Origin: Macrostomum lignano
Lineage: Eukaryota
Reading direction: 5' to 3'
Length of the DNA: 64,000 nt
Assembly (NCBI GenBank): GCA_002269645.1
Contig: NIVC01003019.1
Coordinates: 60,947 to 124,946, forward strand
The position numbers were made by a program, and so were the translations under genes. Below are positions 57,907 to 64,000 of the stretch, piece by piece (position 1 is the first letter of the stretch; each line of letters opens with the position of its first letter). Below the pieces are notes generated by a model. It was not told the DNA's origin, ran no database searches, and saw only the letters and a program-made list of their open reading frames with translations.

Positions 57907-58676
57907 GCTCATTCCATATAAGCATGGTCGTAACATGACAGGTTATTTTTACTTATAAAATGAAATATAATAATAGAATATACTAAACCAATATTTCAAA
58001 TGAAAGATTATTTTGTCTAGAATATATTTATAGAGTTTTATATAGATATCATCATTATTATAGATGCTATTAAACCTTAAATGACACTTATGGTCATAAC
58101 GACAGGATTTTTGACATATAGAAACTAAAAGGTAAAAGTCTTATAACATTTTTCATTTTTGATATTTTGTAATACATTTTTAAAATTTGACTAAGAACAT
58201 CTTTAGAAATCATACTCTTTTATTAGAATATATAAACTCAAAAGGCAACAAAGATACAAAAGAAAAGGCAGCCTTATGGTCGTAACATATTTTTTTCTGT
58301 CAATTCAGTAACTTTGAGGTACTAATACATTAAAAATATAATAGATTATTTGGTCACCAATGCTTTTATCTGATGATGCAAGTACTATACTTTTATCTAT
58401 AGTTTGTTTCAACCTTCAAAAGCTTTCTATTTGTTTTTAAAAGGTACAAAATCTTAATGATGTCTTTTGCTTCGAAAAATGTCCAAATTTTTACAAAAAT
58501 GACTTTTTGCCAATTGATAACATACTAATCCAACATTTTACCATTCCTTTATTCTTAGATTGTATATATTGCACAATATAAACATTTGGTAAAAAAATAG
58601 GCTAATTAGGCAATGGCAAGCAAAAATATTGACTTTTTTCTATTTTCCAAATATGTCCATCTTATATGGAATGAGC
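57907..58676. mobile_element. 770-bp non-autonomous TIR element (MITE) with 6-bp TSD
   Basis: A perfect 16-bp TIR GCTCATTCCATATAAG (extending to ATGG with a 1-nt indel) is flanked by TAGTAG at 57901-57906 and 58677-58682. An internal atggtc(g/a)taac motif occurs three times. Confidence 0.85.
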
Positions 58677-59446
58677 TAGTAGTGTAAATGAAGCTTTAGA
58701 GACTTACGTTGGTATTTAAATTATTATTCATAGAAACGATGTCTGTACAAATGCTTGTTTAAGTATTTATCTAAGCTAGGCCTAGGCCTACAAATTCTTA
58801 AGCCATTATATTTGTACCTATGTTACAGCCACTAAATCTAAAAAATATGTGAAAGTGGAAAAATATTTATAGCTCAGCATATCTTTGTGTGTAGTGAGTG
58901 GCTCTCAAAGCTTTTAAATGGACATCATATTAGCATATGATTAATAAGCATTTTTATTAGCAGTGATTATGCAAATACAATGCTTGTCTAGTTGTAGATT
59001 TATTATACCTTAATGTGTAAATAAGAAGTGAAAATAAGCTAAAGAAATGAATTATAAAAGAATGATTCATTAAAGAATATAAAAAAGTTTAAAGCTTTAA
59101 CAGTAATATTCAATCTACTAAAAATTTGCATCTTTTCATTGTTGATTTAAATTTTATTAGTAAGAGGCCCAGCTTTTCAAGTTAGTCCAAGGCCTCAATG
59201 CCTAGGCTTATCAAACAGAATACATAATAGCCATTTATCAGAGCAAAAAAATTGCTACAGTAGCCTTAGCTTTTCCATATGAAGTTTTATGATTCTCTAT
59301 TATAGCAATAGCTAGTTTCTTTAACTATATAGTCTAGTACTGGCTATATAAAATTGCATGAATTATGATAAAAAAGAAATTATTCTTTTTGTCATGCAAA
59401 TAAAATTATCTGATGAAATATTATTATATATATATTTCTGATTTTA

Positions 59447-62338
59447 TCTATCTCTACATATAAAAATCAAAACTCTGTGTGTGTGTGTGTGTGTCTGTGT
59501 GTGGACAATTTTGATCGCTATGGACTCCCAAACCACTCAACCAAATGACACCAAACTTTACACCCACCCTAAACTTACTACGGAGAATGTCTTAGGCTAC
59601 CTTTTAATTTCCTAAATTTGAGTCTTCCTACCTAAAAGTGCAAAAAACTGCTCAAAATACGCAATTTTTTCACTAAATCCTCCATAGCGCCGCTCCACTT
59701 CTACCGATTCTCTTCAAATTTAACACAGACAATTTTCAACTATTTTGGCAAAATCATGTAAAATTTTGAGTCTGAAAGTTAATCCTGAACGGCGCTGTGC
59801 ACTTTTAAAGTTTGGCTGTTTTTTTCAGCGAGGCAGCCACCCCAACCTCCGCCCGCCTGCCTCTCTTTCCAAATCTGGGCAAAGGGTGTGAGTAGGTTTT
59901 AAAATGCCTAACTTTCGGCTGCCATAGTTTTGCTCCACATGAAGCGATTGACTTCAAATTTGACACAATTCTTTATTGACTCATTCTCTGCCTACATGTA
60001 AAGTCTCAACTCTGTATCTCAATCAGGACAGAAACTGTAAGCATGTGAATTTTGTCTGCTTTTTCTGTTGTTTGTGCCTCTCACTCACTCATTCCCCCAG
60101 CCCAGACGAAGGGTCAGGCGATAGGGCTCAATGTACTTAGCGAATGTACAGTGTTTTGGAATAACTTTTTAATAGCCTTCTTGGCACCCCGCACGTGGAG
60201 AGGCGTGGAGAGGAGAGACAGTTTCAGCGAGAGATTCAAACCACTGTCCTCTGTATAGACAAGTCTGCAGTCGTTTAACAGTGGATGGCAAATCAAGGCG
60301 ATGTGGGATGGTTTATAAAAATAGCAAAAAATTAATGAATAACTGATTAGTAGTGATTACAATGCAATCCCACTAAATTAGTTACACCATGAAAATTTTA
60401 ATATCAAGATTCGCATAAGGTACTTTAAAATTTAAATGGCTCCTAAGAAATACGTATTTCCTTGGTTGCTAGACTGCTGCAGACTGTGGTGGTGGAGCTG
60501 GGCTGGAGGGAGATACACAAATTCCTCTCAGGGCTGCTAATTGGCCAGAAATATGATGTGATTAAAGCATAACAACTATGAGAGTACTACGTCCCACAAA
60601 CGCTTTCGAAGCGGGGATTGACAGACTTTAACCTCAAATGCCAGATAAAGAATCAAGCTCATGGCTAATGAGATAAGAGTGAAAAGGAGAAGGAATAGAC
60701 TATAAGAAGAGAGGAGAAGCAAGAGGAGGATAAGAGAAAAGATAGAAGACAAGAAGAGAGATGATGGGGTAAGGATAAGGAGTGAGCAGATAATATTGGA
60801 GTAAGAAGCAAGAGGAGGGGAGAGAGAAGAGAGAGGAAAGAGTAGAAGTGAGAAGAGGGAGAGAGAAGATGGGAGAGATGAGACAGGATCGATGACAGAT
60901 GAGAGCAGAGAAGAGTGAGAAGAGAGTAGAGATGAGAGATGAAGGAGGAGAGAGCAGAGTGCAGAAAGGCGAGAGAAGAGAATAGAGGGGAGAGAGTATA
61001 GAAGAGAGAAGAGAAGAGGAGTAAGGAAAGAGAGTAATCAGAGGAGGGTAAAGAGAAGAGTACACTGAAGATTGGAGAGTACAGATGGCAGAAAAGAGAG
61101 GGGATGAGAGTGAACACGATATCTGAGAGGAGAGAGGAGAGAGGAGTCAGATGAGGGGAAAGAGAAGAGTACAGAGGAGAGAGGTGAGAACATATGAGTA
61201 TACGAGAGTAAAGATGACAGATGAGAGAGGGAAGATAAGACTAAGAGAGCAAAGACGAGAGTGAACACACGGGAGATGGGAAAGTAGAGAGAAAAGAGGG
61301 TAGATAAGAAATAAGAGATGAGAGATGAAAGGTGAGACAAAGGGAGAGAGAGAGGAAGTGAGTGAGGAAAGAGGAGGGGAGGGGAGAGAATCGAGAGGAC
61401 AGGGGAAAGAGGGGAAAGGATGAGAGAGGGGTGAGGAGAGAGAGGGAGAGATAGAGGTAGAGAGCATGCAGAGAGAAATGAGAAGAGATAAGAGAGAAAA
61501 TATAAAAGAAGAGAAAGGTGAGATAGATAAGAGAGCAAAGACAAGAGAGGAGAGGTGAAGGAAGAGACGATAGAAGAGAGGAGAGAGAGACGAGAGAGTA
61601 CAGAGTACAGAGGAGGGAGGAGAGGAGAAAGGAGAGAGAGAAGTGTTCGGAGAGGGTAGAGTAAGGAGTGAGAAGAGGGGAGAGGGAAGAGAGAATAGAG
61701 AGTAGAGAGCAGAGAGAAGATAGTAGAGAGCAAAGAGAAGATAGTAGAGAGCAGAGAGAAGATAGTGCAGATCGAGCAGAGGGAAAATAGAGTAGAGAGC
61801 AGAGAGAAGAGAGAGTAGAGAGCAGAGAGAAAATAGAGTAGAGAGGAGAGAGTAGAGAGCAGAGAGAAGATAGAATATAGAGCAGAGAGAAATGGGAAGA
61901 GATAAAACAGGAGAAAGGGAGAGATAAGAGAGCAGAGACGAGAGAGGAGAGGAGAGGAGAGAAAATAATAAGAGGGAATAGACGAGAGAAGAGGGGATAG
62001 AAGAGAGAGAGAAGAGACCATAGACCAGAGAAGAGAGAAAACAGAAGAGAAGGTAGAGATAGAAGTTTCTAAGGATCCAACTTCAAAGGGACACAAGGAG
62101 AGGCAGAGGCCATGAGTTTGCCTGACATTCTGTGCAGCACCCCAACCAACAATATTAATGTTTGCTTCAAATACTAATTGTACATGAATGTACTCTATTT
62201 TATGTTTAATTCTATCCTAAATTCCTAACTATTAAAATGTTTTTGTTTAAGTATGGGCTCAGATTTCAGAATACATGCAAAAATAGTTCCGGGGGTTGGA
62301 ATTCCCCGGGTTCAAATTCCGCGGGTTTCAACAGCTTG
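59447..62338 (+). mobile_element. Non-autonomous Helitron-like element, copy 2
   Basis: The 5' end is A|TCTATCTCTACATATAAAAATCAAAACTCTG(TG)n. The 3' end has the hairpin ccgggggttggaattccccggg followed by ..cgcgggtttcaacagCTTG|T, a CTAG-like terminus. It shares 5', internal and 3' blocks with 35065-35820. The interior may be composite. Confidence 0.65.
60665..62060 (+). repeat. AG-rich low-complexity tract inside the Helitron-like element
   Basis: Purine-rich degenerate repeats. The overlapping ORFs are artefacts. Confidence 0.9.
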
Positions 62339-63639
62339 TTTAATACTATAGACCACTTCATGGTCTATATCATATATGTTGTTATTATTAATAATAATTA
62401 GTTATAAAATCAATTTAGTAGAAAATAATATAAAGGCTAAAGGAAACAAAAGTAGTTGGAAAAGATAGCAGTCAATAAAGGTTAGATTAAAAGTTAAAGA
62501 AGCAGTGGAAATGAGGAGATATGAGCCTCAAAGAATAAAGGAATCAGGTTGTTATTAAGCTTAGGCCCAGGGTAAAAAAGCTTCAGGGATAGAACAGTAG
62601 ACCTTCAAGGAAGAAATATGAACTTTAAGAGTAGGTAGCTATGTTTTAGGAATTTTTATCTTTGGCATAGTGTGTACCTCATATATTTTAGCTAATAAAT
62701 ATCTGTATTTAATTTTGATTCTATAATTATGGCGAAAATTAATATGAATAGAGAGTTACATTTAGCATTGCCTAGATAGTTGTCATTTTCACATTGGCCA
62801 AAAAGAACATCTAATAAATGCAGGCTAGCTAGTACTTATTTGCTTTAAAGTGAAGTTATTTTAATTCAAGCTCTAGAATTCAACTCATTTGAAATGAACC
62901 AAAGATAAGTAATACTTCAATAAACTGAAAACTTTTCAAGAATAGAAGATTAGTTCTACCAACTAAACTCCAACTACAAATCCCATATACATGCATTCAC
63001 TTGTGAGCATAGCCAATATCATACTATCAAAGTAATAAAATACTCACAGAGGAGTTGGTCTGAACAGATTGAAGAATGAACTGTACATCTGCCTCTAGCA
63101 GCTCGTTGCACTGTGTAAGATTGAGATTTGATGGATCTTTTAATTCCAGCACAAAATATCCGCAGCACTCGAAGTTTGACATCCAATGAAAATCACAAGC
63201 TAGTGCACTCCACAGAACAGGCCCTTTTTGATTCACCGAATCTATAAAAAAAGACAAGATGCTTTTAACTCTAATTGATGCAGTACAATTTTTTAATCTG
63301 ATGAAAATTTTATACTATTTTAACTCATTTGTGAGATCACAATTAAACTACAATTAGGACCAGGCTTCTTGGCTTTTATCTCCTTTAAGCTGTGATATAT
63401 GCATTCAACCTTTTGACAGCTATACATACCAATTTTAATGAAAACTTTACACTTGAGATAAATTTAGACTCAACTTGCCATTAAAATTTAGATTTGAGCA
63501 AGATGATTTTCAACAGTCATAGACAAAACAATGAAAAATGAGCTCTGACTATACCTATAAGAAAAATACACTAATTCAATAGGTAGAATTAGGTTTTTAG
63601 CATTCTAAGCCAATTTTTTAAGTTACCATTAACAGAATT

Positions 63640-63779
63640 TAGCCACATGATCCCACTCAAATTTGCAATTGAAAAAATCCAATTTGAATAAAAATATTTT
63701 GGATAGTTTAAAAGGGAAACTTACAGACAGACAAACAGACAAACTCAACTTTACTACTGTTTTTAATATAATGGATAGA
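63640..63779 (-). mobile_element. 5' end of a second non-autonomous Helitron-like family
   Basis: The minus strand reads A|TCTATCCATTATATTAAAAAC..GTTTGTCTGTTTGTCTGTCTG, a TC terminus with an AT-rich start and a microsatellite. The 3' extent is undefined. Confidence 0.5.
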
Positions 63780-64000
63780 TGGTTGCTTGATGGATTGACT
63801 TCATCTTAGGCCTGGGAAGCCCCAAAGAAAGGGGTGTAGAATGCAAATGGTATATACTAATATATTTATATATTACATATAGCATAGCCTAGCATAGCAT
63901 AGCTACACAGTCATAGCATGCTTGTAGCCTTAAAGACAATAGTCTATATAAATTATAGTAATATTATTATATATACAATTGTACTAAGTAATATCATTCA

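Noticed and set aside
60665-62096. 150-352-aa Ser/Leu-rich ORFs
   Set aside because: They come from low-complexity AG-rich DNA within a repeat element.

Overview
This is eukaryotic (invertebrate animal) genomic DNA with GT-AG introns, many of them filled by short-unit minisatellites. That style is reminiscent of macrostomid flatworms, but this is an inference only. All host genes found are on the minus strand. Two tandem 14-exon SLC26 sulfate/anion transporter paralogs lie at about 9.5-17.3 kb (copy A) and 20.4-31.0 kb (copy B). A tightly packed, co-oriented housekeeping cluster follows: TMEM167B/Kish-B, RPS9, unexplained exon-like segments, SPCS3 and LETMD1. The right third is transposon-rich. 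It holds a Bel/Pao gag remnant, a complete 6,044-bp hAT-like DNA transposon, MITEs and non-autonomous Helitron-like elements. The hAT-like element has imperfect 16-bp TIRs and a 7-bp TSD. Its 4-exon DDE transposase carries an RGG tract and a C-terminal Tudor/Spindlin-like domain. A mariner, a Tc1-like long-TIR derivative with a nested 48-nt LINE-tail insertion, and a Crypton-like tyrosine-recombinase exon are also present. The most unusual signals are (1) the reader-domain-fused spliced transposase, (2) intronic minisatellites whose units are copies of the adjacent 5' splice junction, (3) exon-scale gene-conversion mosaicism and loss of the anion-binding Arg in the SLC26 pair, and (4) an operon-like cluster with possible RPS9 autoregulatory exons. 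All exon coordinates were read by eye and none were checked against transcripts.
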